From the IMG/VR virus record IMGVR_UViG_3300034375_007546: 64,000 nt of DNA; one strand, given 5' to 3'. The notes beneath the pieces are model-generated. The model was given only the letters and a program-made list of their open reading frames with translations. It did no database searches and was not told the DNA's origin. A program made the translations under genes and the position numbers. Positions 39,761 through 48,780 of this stretch are shown piece by piece (the stretch's first letter is position 1; the number at the start of each line of letters is the position of its first letter). This stretch comes from an uncultured virus (IMG/VR IMGVR_UViG_3300034375_007546) (Duplodnaviria > Heunggongvirae > Uroviricota > Caudoviricetes).

Positions 39761-39819
39761 GTGAGCAATGCCCTTATTGTGAATGCGATCCCTGCGATTG
39801 TGATTGGGGGAACGAATGA
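39757..39819 (+). CDS. 20-aa Cys-rich micropeptide MSEQCPYCECDPCDCDWGNE
   Basis: Starts at the repeat's ATG with its RBS and ends in an ATGA overlap with the next gene. Confidence 0.6.
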   Translation: MSEQCPYCECDPCDCDWGNE

Positions 39820-40055
39820 GTGAAAAAGTAAATCACCCCTCACACTATCAAAGTGGCGAGGTTGAAGAAGATGGAACATCAAAATACGAAGCAATCAAAG
39901 TTATTGAGGCTTGGGATCTTAATTTTCATCTTGGTAATGTCGTCAAATACATTTCAAGAGCCGGAAAGAAGTCAGAGAACAGTATTGAGGATCTAAAGAA
40001 AGCAGAGTGGTATTTGAGTCGATATGTCCAGTTCATACAAAAAACAAATAACTGA
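39816..40055 (+). CDS. DUF3310-like phage protein
   Basis: VNHPSHY, FHLGNVVKYISRAGKK, EDLKKAEWYL. Confidence 0.85.
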   Translation: MSEKVNHPSHYQSGEVEEDGTSKYEAIKVIEAWDLNFHLGNVVKYISRAGKKSENSIEDLKKAEWYLSRYVQFIQKTNN

Positions 40056-40515
40056 TTACATCAATAATGTTCTGAATGAAAAGAGAACAGAGTTCAGTGG
40101 TATGGCAGTGTGTCCTTTTGCTGCGCCAGAGTTGGCGAACAATAAGTTGATGATTGCTATGCTTGGGGAAGACGACAAAGGCATAAGAGATCTGTTAGAA
40201 GAGTTCGCTGCATCTGATTATGATAGTGCGATCATTGCTTTGCCGCATCATTTGGGCCCCGAGGACACAAAGCCTTTTCAAATCTTTATCAATAAGATTT
40301 TGAAGAGACTTGGTCTTGAAGATTACAAGAATATCTGTTTCAATCCCAATGATGAGGTGGATATAGATGGCTTCAATCCGAGAGCAAAAGCGCCTTACTT
40401 TTTGATAAATATTGCGCACAGAAAAGTCCTAAATGATGCGCACAAGTCCTTGCGAAAAACGAAATACTATGATAATCTAAATGAACAATACAGAGAGTTT
40501 TTGAGGATAAAGTAA
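40024..40515 (+). CDS. DUF1415-like hypothetical protein
   Basis: CPFA, FNP and APY motifs. Confidence 0.5.
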   Translation: MSSSYKKQITDYINNVLNEKRTEFSGMAVCPFAAPELANNKLMIAMLGEDDKGIRDLLEEFAASDYDSAIIALPHHLGPEDTKPFQIFINKILKRLGLEDYKNICFNPNDEVDIDGFNPRAKAPYFLINIAHRKVLNDAHKSLRKTKYYDNLNEQYREFLRIK

Positions 40516-40517
40516 AA

Positions 40518-40766
40518 GTGAAGAAAATCAGAAAACATATTCCGGGTAAAAGAAAACGAGAAAAGAAGGAAGCAAATGAAAGGCTTGAAAAGCAAGCTGC
40601 TGCTTTCCTTGATCATCCCAAAGAATGTTGCGTTTGTAAAACTGAGTTTGAAAGAACGCACGAGACAGTCAAAACTTGGCAAGTATCCGTAGTAGAAGAT
40701 AGGGTGCGCTTGACTTGTCCCGATTGCTGGGGTAAAATAAACGAAGTATTGGAGAACATAGAATGA
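40518..40766 (+). CDS. Small Zn-binding protein
   Basis: CCVC..F and CPDCW. Confidence 0.65.
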   Translation: MKKIRKHIPGKRKREKKEANERLEKQAAAFLDHPKECCVCKTEFERTHETVKTWQVSVVEDRVRLTCPDCWGKINEVLENIE

Positions 40767-41776
40767 GAGAAGGTTTAGCTTATAACGATGTATTGCTTGT
40801 CCCGCAGTATTCGGATATTGAGTCAAGAAAAGAAGTTAGTCTAAACTCTAAACTTGGGTTTATTGATTGTGATCTGCCCATCATAGCGTCTCCAATGGAC
40901 ACGGTTTCAGAGGTGGCTATGGCGAAAGCAATGGACGCAAAAGGCGCCATTGCGATTATTCACAGATACAATGATGTTGAAGATCAAGCAAGAATGGTTG
41001 CGGAGGCTAGTGATGGAAACTCATTGGTTGGCGCAGCAGTCGGAACATCTGGCGACTTTCTTGAAAGAGCATATGCTTGTTACGAAGCCGGCGCAGATGT
41101 AATCTGTGTTGATGTAGCGCACGGTCATCATTCTCTAATGAAGCAGGCTCTAAAACTGCTAAGGCAGATGGTTAGCGATGATGTTCACATAATGGCTGGA
41201 AATGTCGCAACCTTTGAGGGCTATGAGGATTTGGCTTCTTGGGGTGCGGACAGTGTCCGCTGTAACATTGGAGGCGGTTCAATCTGCTCTACACGCATTC
41301 AAACAGGACACGGTGTCCCTGGACTACAAACAATATTCGATTGTAGTAGATCTCATTTCGCCGGAACTGTTCCTATCATTGCTGACGGAGGCATTCGCAA
41401 CTCCGGTGATATTGTAAAGGCTCTTGCTGCCGGCGCTGACTTTGTAATGTTGGGTTCTTTGCTCGCGGGAACAACAGAAGCCCCGGGCGATGTTTTAGTT
41501 GGCCGCGACGGAAGCAAACAAAAGGCTTACAGAGGAATGGCTTCAAAGGACGCTCAAATGTCTTGGAGAGGCAAGACCGCATCTTTGGAAGGTATCGCTA
41601 CAACTATTCCGTATAAGGGAACAGTAGTGGATATTCTAGATGATCTAGAAAGAGGTATTCGTTCTGGACTATCCTACTCAGGAGCGCGAACCATTACAGA
41701 ACTACAATCAAAGGCTCGATTTATCCGCCAGACTGCGAGCGGACAAACCGAAAGTGGGACACACATCCTAAGATGA
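40763..41776 (+). CDS. guaB: IMP dehydrogenase / GMP reductase family enzyme (no CBS domain)
   Basis: [27 protein letters not shown] (catalytic Cys), IIADGGI, YRGMAS. Reaction direction cannot be resolved by eye. Confidence 0.85.
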   Translation: MREGLAYNDVLLVPQYSDIESRKEVSLNSKLGFIDCDLPIIASPMDTVSEVAMAKAMDAKGAIAIIHRYNDVEDQARMVAEASDGNSLVGAAVGTSGDFLERAYACYEAGADVICVDVAHGHHSLMKQALKLLRQMVSDDVHIMAGNVATFEGYEDLASWGADSVRCNIGGGSICSTRIQTGHGVPGLQTIFDCSRSHFAGTVPIIADGGIRNSGDIVKALAAGADFVMLGSLLAGTTEAPGDVLVGRDGSKQKAYRGMASKDAQMSWRGKTASLEGIATTIPYKGTVVDILDDLERGIRSGLSYSGARTITELQSKARFIRQTASGQTESGTHILR

Positions 41777-42108
41777 AAAGGACATACCCAAAGGGACACT
41801 CTATTCTATCGTTCTCATTGGACTCAAAACTTCACGAGAACCTAAAGATTAGATTGTTCTACGATGAGATCAAAACACAAAGCGAGTTCTTTCGGTATTG
41901 TGTTGAATCTTATCTATCACAAGACAAGCTTTTTATGGAGTTTCTTGACGATTACAAAATAAACAAGAAGGTTCAGTCTAAGAAGCGTGTTACGAAATCT
42001 CGCAAACTGCGTGAGGACGGCGAGAAAATGTTACAAGAACTTGCGCTAACAGAAGAAGATATCGAGAACATATTTGATATATTAGAAGAGGATTTACCAG
42101 AGTTATGA
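41773..42108 (+). CDS. Possible ribbon-helix-helix regulator
   Basis: LSFSLDSKLHENLK...TQSEFFRYCVESYL pattern. Confidence 0.45.
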   Translation: MKRTYPKGHSILSFSLDSKLHENLKIRLFYDEIKTQSEFFRYCVESYLSQDKLFMEFLDDYKINKKVQSKKRVTKSRKLREDGEKMLQELALTEEDIENIFDILEEDLPEL

Positions 42109-42347
42109 GAGAATGTTCTAAAAGATGTTACATGCATCAAATACCTTGCACTCAAAGTGAGTGCAGACTTCATTTAGATTATGAAGATGATTTGAACTGC
42201 ACCGACATTGCAGTTTATAAGCACGGCGAAATGACCTTACAACAGATCGGAGAACGCCACGGTATAAGCATTGTGAGAGCAAAGCAGATAGTTGATGAGG
42301 CGCTGCTCAAATTAAAAAAGACATTAGCAGAAGAAAATACTATTTAA
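42105..42347 (+). CDS. Stand-alone sigma70 region-4-like HTH with Cys-rich N-terminus
   Basis: MTLQQIGERHGISIVRAKQIVDEALLKLK. Confidence 0.7.
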   Translation: MRECSKRCYMHQIPCTQSECRLHLDYEDDLNCTDIAVYKHGEMTLQQIGERHGISIVRAKQIVDEALLKLKKTLAEENTI

Positions 42348-42386
42348 AACAGCATATTCGCGAATAATTGTTAGGAGTTTTGCAGA

Positions 42387-43010
42387 ATGTCCAAGAAAAC
42401 ACTTTTAAACGAGTCACAGATTCGTTCTTTTATGAAGCTAGCTAAGCTAGAGCCTTTGACCCCAGGCTTTGTTGAGGGTCTCACAGAGAGCACCGATGAT
42501 CTTGAAGAAGGTCGTGGTATGCGTATGCGCGCAGAGGACGAGATGGATGAGATGCGCATGCGTGATGAAGATGAGATGGACGAGGTTCGTGCCGACGACG
42601 CCGGCGGTGGTTTGCAGGACGCACGAAGAGGTCACGGCAGAGGTCGCGGACCAGCCGATCGCCTTGAGGAAGAGGAAGAGATGGAAGTAGATGCAGCTGA
42701 AATGGAAGATGCTGCCGGAGACGAGATGGAGATGGATGCCGAGGTAGAGGCACCAGTAGAAGCCCCAGCCGCAGACGCAGGCAAGATGGTTTCTGTTGAT
42801 GATTTCCTTTCTGCCCTTGAGCGTGCCCTTGAGGACGCAATGGGTGAGGAAGTTGAGATTGATGCTGATGAGCCAGCAGATGCTATGGATGATATGGCTG
42901 ACGAGCCAGAGGATGCTGATGAGATGGGTGATGACGACGCTCTAATGGAGTCCATCACAAAGCGAGTCGCAAAGAGAATTCTTATGGAGGCTCTAAGCGC
43001 AAAGAAGTAG
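42387..43010 (+). CDS. Acidic late protein (probable internal head protein)
   Basis: Late motif at 42339; LLNESQIRSFMKLA; many L/M-x-E sites. Confidence 0.6.
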   Translation: MSKKTLLNESQIRSFMKLAKLEPLTPGFVEGLTESTDDLEEGRGMRMRAEDEMDEMRMRDEDEMDEVRADDAGGGLQDARRGHGRGRGPADRLEEEEEMEVDAAEMEDAAGDEMEMDAEVEAPVEAPAADAGKMVSVDDFLSALERALEDAMGEEVEIDADEPADAMDDMADEPEDADEMGDDDALMESITKRVAKRILMEALSAKK

Positions 43011-43011
43011 G

Positions 43012-43072
43012 TTGACAAACTCTAACTCCTAACGTATATTAAAGACTGTGAGCAACCCTCACAGTCTTTTTT
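43012..43072 (+). terminator. Intrinsic terminator overlapping a sigma70 promoter
   Basis: TTGACA-N17-TATATT immediately followed by AAAGACTGTGAG-CAACC-CTCACAGTCTTTTTT. Confidence 0.7.
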
Positions 43073-43085
43073 ATTTGGATAAACA

Positions 43086-43484
43086 ATGCTAGAATTAACA
43101 ACGAACGATTTAACCGCCTTCTGCGTGATGGCTTTCTTTGCCGGGGTATTTGCAAGTATGTTCTTGTCTCGGTTTCTGGAGATTGTGCATACTTGGAGGA
43201 TAGTACAAGAGTCAGTTATCTCAATCATTTGGATGCTGACAAAGATGGTAGAAGACATATCCTTCCTACAGGAGTTAAAGTTAAAGCAGATGCGTGAGTC
43301 GGGCTTTACAACAGAACAGATTCGTCAGTTTCAAAAAGTTGACGACCAGTTCTTGACAAACTGGAAGGACAATGCTATCATCTCCATAGTGAACAGATCC
43401 CCCCGACACTTCAAATCAATGTTACCGTTCCACGACTGGAACAGTGCTATGAGGTTCTTAAACAACACCCTAAAGGGAGAATAG
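43086..43484 (+). CDS. Hypothetical membrane protein
   Basis: N-terminal hydrophobic helix. Confidence 0.7.
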   Translation: MLELTTNDLTAFCVMAFFAGVFASMFLSRFLEIVHTWRIVQESVISIIWMLTKMVEDISFLQELKLKQMRESGFTTEQIRQFQKVDDQFLTNWKDNAIISIVNRSPRHFKSMLPFHDWNSAMRFLNNTLKGE

Positions 43485-43492
43485 GAAAAACA

Positions 43493-44143
43493 ATGGTTAT
43501 TTTCAACAACGACACTCAGACCGAGGAGGAACAGGAAGAGATCAGCGATCATCAGGCTGCTATGGTTATGGCGGCAATCGCTGGCGCCCAGGAAGGTCCT
43601 GAACCAAACACTCTTGGTTTGGTCGGGGACCTAAACGAAGAATCAGCCCAGGAGATCTATCACGGTCTTATGCAGTTAAATGGAGGCAAGGTGTTTCCAA
43701 ACCCTGTTGGGGAAGGAGAAGAAAGACCAGAGGACGTTCATTTTCTTATTTCAACTGGCGGTGGCGCTGTTTACGATATGTTCGGTATCATTGATATTAT
43801 GGACATTGTAAAGAGACGTCGTGATATCGCAACACTAGGCACTGGCAAGGTCTTCTCGGCAGGAGTTCCTTTATTGGCTTCTGGAACAAAGGGTAAGCGT
43901 TTCGTGACGCGCAATGCTCGCATTATGATGCATCGTTGCTCCGCAGGCAATATGGGCTCTACTGCTGATATTAAGGTAACTCATGATGAAATGCGAGTAA
44001 TGGAGGATCAGATGGTTCAGGTTATCGCTGAGAACTCAAAGTTATCTGTGGGTGAGATCCACAACATGTTCTCAAAGAACACAGATGAATATTTCTCTGC
44101 GCAGGAAGCAATTGAAATGGGTCTTGCTGACGAAATCATCTAA
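43493..44143 (+). CDS. clpP: ClpP-family protease 2
   Basis: ISTGGG, GKVFSAG (Ser), GTKGKRF..NARIMMH, DEYFSAQEAIEMGLADEI. Confidence 0.88.
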   Translation: MVIFNNDTQTEEEQEEISDHQAAMVMAAIAGAQEGPEPNTLGLVGDLNEESAQEIYHGLMQLNGGKVFPNPVGEGEERPEDVHFLISTGGGAVYDMFGIIDIMDIVKRRRDIATLGTGKVFSAGVPLLASGTKGKRFVTRNARIMMHRCSAGNMGSTADIKVTHDEMRVMEDQMVQVIAENSKLSVGEIHNMFSKNTDEYFSAQEAIEMGLADEII

Positions 44144-44169
44144 TTAGTATTAGTTCCCGAGGATTTACA

Positions 44170-45849
44170 ATGAATATTGATACACTAGTGGAGAGTTTCT
44201 ACTCCAAAAAAGATGAGACCGAAAGCATCATCAATGAGGTTTTGAGTATCTTGGTGGGTAAAGTACAAGCTGAAGCCCTAATCAGAGAACAAAGAGAGCC
44301 AATCACTTTAAGCTTTGACGGTGTGCCTGATATTCCAATCTCGGAAATTCCCTGGTCTTCTGTTAAAACAGTTGAGGGCGGCGCAGAGATCCCAAGCCCG
44401 CAGAGAAAGCAACTTGAGCAGTTCTTGGATGACATCGCGGGAGATGATCTAAAAGATAAAGTTGAGGGTCTAGCAAAATTCTACGAGACAGATCCAGTAC
44501 AACTTCTTGAGCAGGGCTTCTTTGGCGACTCTAATAAAGAGCGTATTTCAAAAGCTTTAGGTTATCTAACTTTTTATAAGACCCTAACAAAGATTATTGC
44601 TCACTTTAACGCTTCATCGGCTGGTTTCTCTTTTGAAGCTTTCTTGGGAGTCTTGCTCGGAGGCAAACAGGTTCCGACTGGTGAGGGAACGATTGCTGAC
44701 TTGGTAACTGGAGATGGAACTCCGGTCAGTCTTAAACTTTATACCGAAGGATCTTTGAAGGTCGGAGGTAGTTTTACCGATTTGGTAAACGATCTTCGTA
44801 AGTTTGAGAAGATGCAGTATGTCGCTGTGACGAAGACTTTGAATGACGAGAATACAGCTGGACGATTGGATTTTTATCGATTTGATTTTACTCTAGACAA
44901 CGTTGCCAACATAATGCTTAATGGTGGACTAGAAAACCCGGAGCTTATGAAGCTGCCCACAGGGTTTGTAGAAAACCCGTCCGGATTTGAAGATATTGAA
45001 ATTCCACCGCCTCCAAAGGTGGAAGAGTTGGTAAAAATCTACGAAGATAGAGTCGTAGAGAGAGGCCAGGGTAAATACCCAGAGGATATTCTAGAATCTG
45101 TGATCCAGCTTGTTAACCTTCCTGAAGGTACAGCGTACCTTACGGGCTCTCCCGCCAAGTTTGGACACCCCAAGAGTAGGCTAAAGAAGATGAGTCCTAC
45201 TGGTAAAGTCGCCGCCCGATTTGCGGTTACACTAGGGTTATTGGAGGATGAGGTTCCGCCCAAGGTGCGTGCCGATGGAAGAGAGGCGGTTGAAAACTAC
45301 AAGAAACAGCTGAATCTGGTTTCGGATATTTATAACGATGTTTTGGTCCCGGCTTATGCTGAGGTGGTTGCCGCAGCAGGTCGCTCTATCAAGGCTCGCC
45401 AAGAATTAATCGCGCGCGCCGGCGGTGATTATCTTGATTATGAACGCTCTGTCGAGGTCTATAACCAGTTACCCTCACCCACCCTTAAGAAGAAGGCTTT
45501 GCTTCTTAGCCACGGCTATGTCAACACAGACCAGTTTGAATTAACACAGCCTCGCGTTCTAAACATCGATAGACTAGCGGATCCTTATGAGGTATTCCCA
45601 CCGGGACAGGATGAAGTAAAACTAGGCTCTATTGAAGTAGGTCAAGAACAGGTTGTCAATCTTATGCAGAAGATCTCCGAAATTATCGACGCATCAGTCT
45701 TTGCAATTTTTGAGGATCTAAAGGTTCTAACTACAAACATTCAAAGCTACTTTGGTAATGGACTGCAGAACGATAAAGAAGCTCAAACAGCAATTGAAGC
45801 ATCCAAGTCTATTGGGGAACGCACCAAAGAACTACAAAGCGAAAAATAA
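44170..45849 (+). CDS. Late hypothetical protein, possible PD-(D/E)XK-like nuclease domain
   Basis: Late motif at 44139; GFSFEAFL...IAD...VSLKL. Confidence 0.5.
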   Translation: MNIDTLVESFYSKKDETESIINEVLSILVGKVQAEALIREQREPITLSFDGVPDIPISEIPWSSVKTVEGGAEIPSPQRKQLEQFLDDIAGDDLKDKVEGLAKFYETDPVQLLEQGFFGDSNKERISKALGYLTFYKTLTKIIAHFNASSAGFSFEAFLGVLLGGKQVPTGEGTIADLVTGDGTPVSLKLYTEGSLKVGGSFTDLVNDLRKFEKMQYVAVTKTLNDENTAGRLDFYRFDFTLDNVANIMLNGGLENPELMKLPTGFVENPSGFEDIEIPPPPKVEELVKIYEDRVVERGQGKYPEDILESVIQLVNLPEGTAYLTGSPAKFGHPKSRLKKMSPTGKVAARFAVTLGLLEDEVPPKVRADGREAVENYKKQLNLVSDIYNDVLVPAYAEVVAAAGRSIKARQELIARAGGDYLDYERSVEVYNQLPSPTLKKKALLLSHGYVNTDQFELTQPRVLNIDRLADPYEVFPPGQDEVKLGSIEVGQEQVVNLMQKISEIIDASVFAIFEDLKVLTTNIQSYFGNGLQNDKEAQTAIEASKSIGERTKELQSEK

Positions 45850-45906
45850 TACTTGACACACACAAATGGTATGCTATAATACCAAGATAGAAAGAGAGGT
45901 TTCTCA

Positions 45907-47487
45907 ATGCCCAAGTGTGTATTTGAAGACCGACAGAGCCTCAACCAAAAGGTTCTGGACGGTGTTAATAAGCTTGCCGACAATGTTGCGGCAACTTTAG
46001 GACCGAAGGGTCGCAATGTTATCCTACATCAAAAAGGAAAAGATCCTATCATCACAAAGGACGGCGTAACTGTTTCTGCGTTTGTTCATTTGGACGATGA
46101 GTTTGAAAACGCTGCCGCACAGATTTTAAAGCAGGCAACCTCCCAGACCAACACTATGGCTGGTGACGGAACCACAACGGCAACTGTGCTTTCTCGTGCT
46201 ATTCTTAACAAGGCACAGCGATACATTACTGCCGGCGCTTCTCCTGTTGAATTGAAGCGAGGCATTGATTTGGCTGTGGATGCCCTAGTCCGAGAGTTAC
46301 AAAAGAACGCACAACACATCGAAACTCTTGATGATGTAGAGAATATCGCAACCATTTCAGCTAACAACGATAGAACAATCGGCAAGTTGATTGCGACTGC
46401 TGTTGACAAGGCTGGCAAGGATGGCTCCATTACAATTGAGGATGCAAAGTCAGTTGAGACTTCCTTGGATGTTATTGAAGGTTTCCGAGTAGAAGCTGGA
46501 TATGCTGCGTCTGCTTTTGTAACTGATGAGCGACGTGGTGCTGTCCATTATGATTCCCCGCTTCTTCTTGTTACAGACAATCGGATTGATTCAGTAGATC
46601 AAATCCTTCCAGCGTTGGAGATTATATCTCGCGATGGTCGTCCGCTTGTTATTGTTGCCGAAGAGATTGAAGGTCAGGCTCTTGCAGCTTTGATTATGAA
46701 TACAGTTCGCGGTTCAATGAAGATTGCTGGTGTAAAGGCTCCCTTCTACGGTGAGAGGCGTCGGAACATCCTATCCGACCTAGCACTCTCAACAGGTGCC
46801 GAGTTCATCTCTACGGACGGCACAGTGCGTCTAAAGGATATCAAGCTACAACACTTTGGTCAGTGCCGATCAGTTGATATCACAAAGATCGGAACAACTG
46901 TTATTGGCGGCAAGGGAGACTTTGAGGAGATTGATCGTCGTATTGAACTTCTTAAGACTGAGCTTCTACAAACAGATGATATGCGCGAGTGCGATAAGAT
47001 TCAAGAACGAATTACAAAGTTGGCTTCTGGAGTTGCGGTTATCAAGGTTGGTGCGGCAACAGAAGTAGAAATGATTGAGAAGAAGCATCGTATTGAGGAT
47101 GCGCTAGAAGCAGTCAAGTCGGCACAGCAAGAAGGCATTGTTCCTGGCGGTGGAGTTGCCCTAGTTCGTGTATCAAACAATCTTCTGGATATAATGCTTG
47201 AAGCCGAGAACGAAGATCAAATGTTTGGTATTGAAATCGTCCGCGATGCTGTAAAGGCTCCGCTGCGTCAGATGGCTCAGAACTGTGGGTTGTCCCCTGA
47301 CTTGGTGCTAGCGAAGGTAGAGGATGCCGAAGGCAATCTAGGTTACAACTTCCGAACAGACGAAATGGTCGATATGTTAGAGGAAGGTGTTATTGATCCG
47401 GTCAAGGTTACGAGAACTGCCCTTCAAAATGCTGCTTCTGCTGCTGGAACATTAATCACAACTTCTCATGCTATTGTGGAGGTATAA
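45907..47487 (+). CDS. groEL: Chaperonin GroEL
   Basis: TLGPKGRNV, ITKDGVTV, AGDGTTTATVL, GIVPGGG, GVIDPVKV. Confidence 0.97.
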   Translation: MPKCVFEDRQSLNQKVLDGVNKLADNVAATLGPKGRNVILHQKGKDPIITKDGVTVSAFVHLDDEFENAAAQILKQATSQTNTMAGDGTTTATVLSRAILNKAQRYITAGASPVELKRGIDLAVDALVRELQKNAQHIETLDDVENIATISANNDRTIGKLIATAVDKAGKDGSITIEDAKSVETSLDVIEGFRVEAGYAASAFVTDERRGAVHYDSPLLLVTDNRIDSVDQILPALEIISRDGRPLVIVAEEIEGQALAALIMNTVRGSMKIAGVKAPFYGERRRNILSDLALSTGAEFISTDGTVRLKDIKLQHFGQCRSVDITKIGTTVIGGKGDFEEIDRRIELLKTELLQTDDMRECDKIQERITKLASGVAVIKVGAATEVEMIEKKHRIEDALEAVKSAQQEGIVPGGGVALVRVSNNLLDIMLEAENEDQMFGIEIVRDAVKAPLRQMAQNCGLSPDLVLAKVEDAEGNLGYNFRTDEMVDMLEEGVIDPVKVTRTALQNAASAAGTLITTSHAIVEV

Positions 47488-47516
47488 CTCTATTTAGTGG
47501 AGACCGGAGGTGTGAG

Positions 47517-47804
47517 ATGATGACTGACGACGAACAGCAGAAACTAACTGTAATGTTAGTTGAACTTTCAGGCAAAATTCAAACTATGCTTGACAAGCAA
47601 GAAGAATTAGCGCAGAATGTAAGTAAGATCAAGGAGGCAGTCTACAATCCAGACTCTGGTTTATATGCGAGACTGAAGGAATTAGATATTCGCATTATTC
47701 AGCTAGAAGCTTGGAAGTCCACCAACACAAGAATTATGTGGCTTGTTGGTGGTTCAGTTGTCGGTTTATTGGTTAAGACAGCATGGTCGGTATTGTTCCC
47801 ATAA
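47517..47804 (+). CDS. Coiled-coil protein with C-terminal TM helix (XhlA/holin-like architecture)
   Basis: Late motif at 47489; C-terminal IMWLVGGSVVGLLV. Confidence 0.5.
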   Translation: MMTDDEQQKLTVMLVELSGKIQTMLDKQEELAQNVSKIKEAVYNPDSGLYARLKELDIRIIQLEAWKSTNTRIMWLVGGSVVGLLVKTAWSVLFP

Positions 47805-47810
47805 GGATTA

Positions 47811-48047
47811 TTGGTGTTTAAAGGAAAAGTAGGAGATTTAGTTCACATCCCGCAGGCTAGCCGCTTATTGTATTTTAGCCCTAATAGCAGGCAGGCACCT
47901 ATACCTTGGGATACGATTCGCTTAGACGAGCCAAAGGTTGCTTTAGTTAGCGGAATAGGCTGGGCAGAAGGCTATGTCCAGATTATATGGAACGGCAAAG
48001 AATGGTCCGTTAGAGAAGAAGACGTTTTTACCTTAAAGGAGTTGTAG
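47811..48047 (+). CDS. Hypothetical KOW/SH3-like protein
   Basis: KVGDLVHIP. Confidence 0.6.
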   Translation: MVFKGKVGDLVHIPQASRLLYFSPNSRQAPIPWDTIRLDEPKVALVSGIGWAEGYVQIIWNGKEWSVREEDVFTLKEL

Positions 48048-48356
48048 ATGATACGTTTTGTAGAGGTCATAAATAAGACTGATAGAGACCCCCGTATGGA
48101 GAGAGTAGCGACACCACAGTTTGAGTTAGGCGAAATTTGGATTAACGAAAAGTATGTAGTTAATGTTCGTCCGCATCAAGGTTATGATACACTATTGAGA
48201 GAAGGAAAGATTGGTCTTGGTTTAGACCAAGCACATAGATTTACTACGGTTGTAGTCAATGAGGGCGGTCGCTCAACAACACATATTGTTCTTGGAGATC
48301 CAAGTGAAGTCGCTACTCGTCTAACAAACAACAGATCACAGTTACTGAAAGGCTAA
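48048..48356 (+). CDS. Hypothetical protein
   Basis: AAGGAG RBS; 102 aa. Confidence 0.7.
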   Translation: MIRFVEVINKTDRDPRMERVATPQFELGEIWINEKYVVNVRPHQGYDTLLREGKIGLGLDQAHRFTTVVVNEGGRSTTHIVLGDPSEVATRLTNNRSQLLKG

Positions 48357-48359
48357 GAA

Positions 48360-48758
48360 ATGCGAAGAAAAGCAGATATTATTGATAAGCCCTGGGGTCA
48401 CGAAGAGATCTGGGCACAGTCTTCTCGTTATGCGGGAAAGATTTTGGTGATCAACAAAGGACATAGATTGTCCCGACAGTATCACAGAGTAAAAGAAGAA
48501 ACGATTATGGTCCTTGAAGGAACCTTGGTCTGCGAGGAAGGACCTACAGAAGTAGGTGGCGAGATCAAGCGACACATTATGGGTCCAGGCGAAATCTTTC
48601 ACGTTCGCCCGGGAACCATCCACCGTTTCTGTGCGGAAGAAACAGACGTTCGCTTGGTTGAGGTGAGCACATCAGAGACCTCTGACGTAGTAAGGTTGGA
48701 AGATGATTACCGTCGTATTACGGATGTTCCAAGAACTCCGAGAACAAGCGGAAAGTAA
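48360..48758 (+). CDS. Cupin (mannose-6-phosphate isomerase C-terminal-like)
   Basis: KPWG, LSRQYH..KEET, PGTIHRF, EVST, DVVRLEDDY. Confidence 0.85.
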   Translation: MRRKADIIDKPWGHEEIWAQSSRYAGKILVINKGHRLSRQYHRVKEETIMVLEGTLVCEEGPTEVGGEIKRHIMGPGEIFHVRPGTIHRFCAEETDVRLVEVSTSETSDVVRLEDDYRRITDVPRTPRTSGK

Positions 48759-48780
48759 CATTTAAGACTATTTATAGTTG

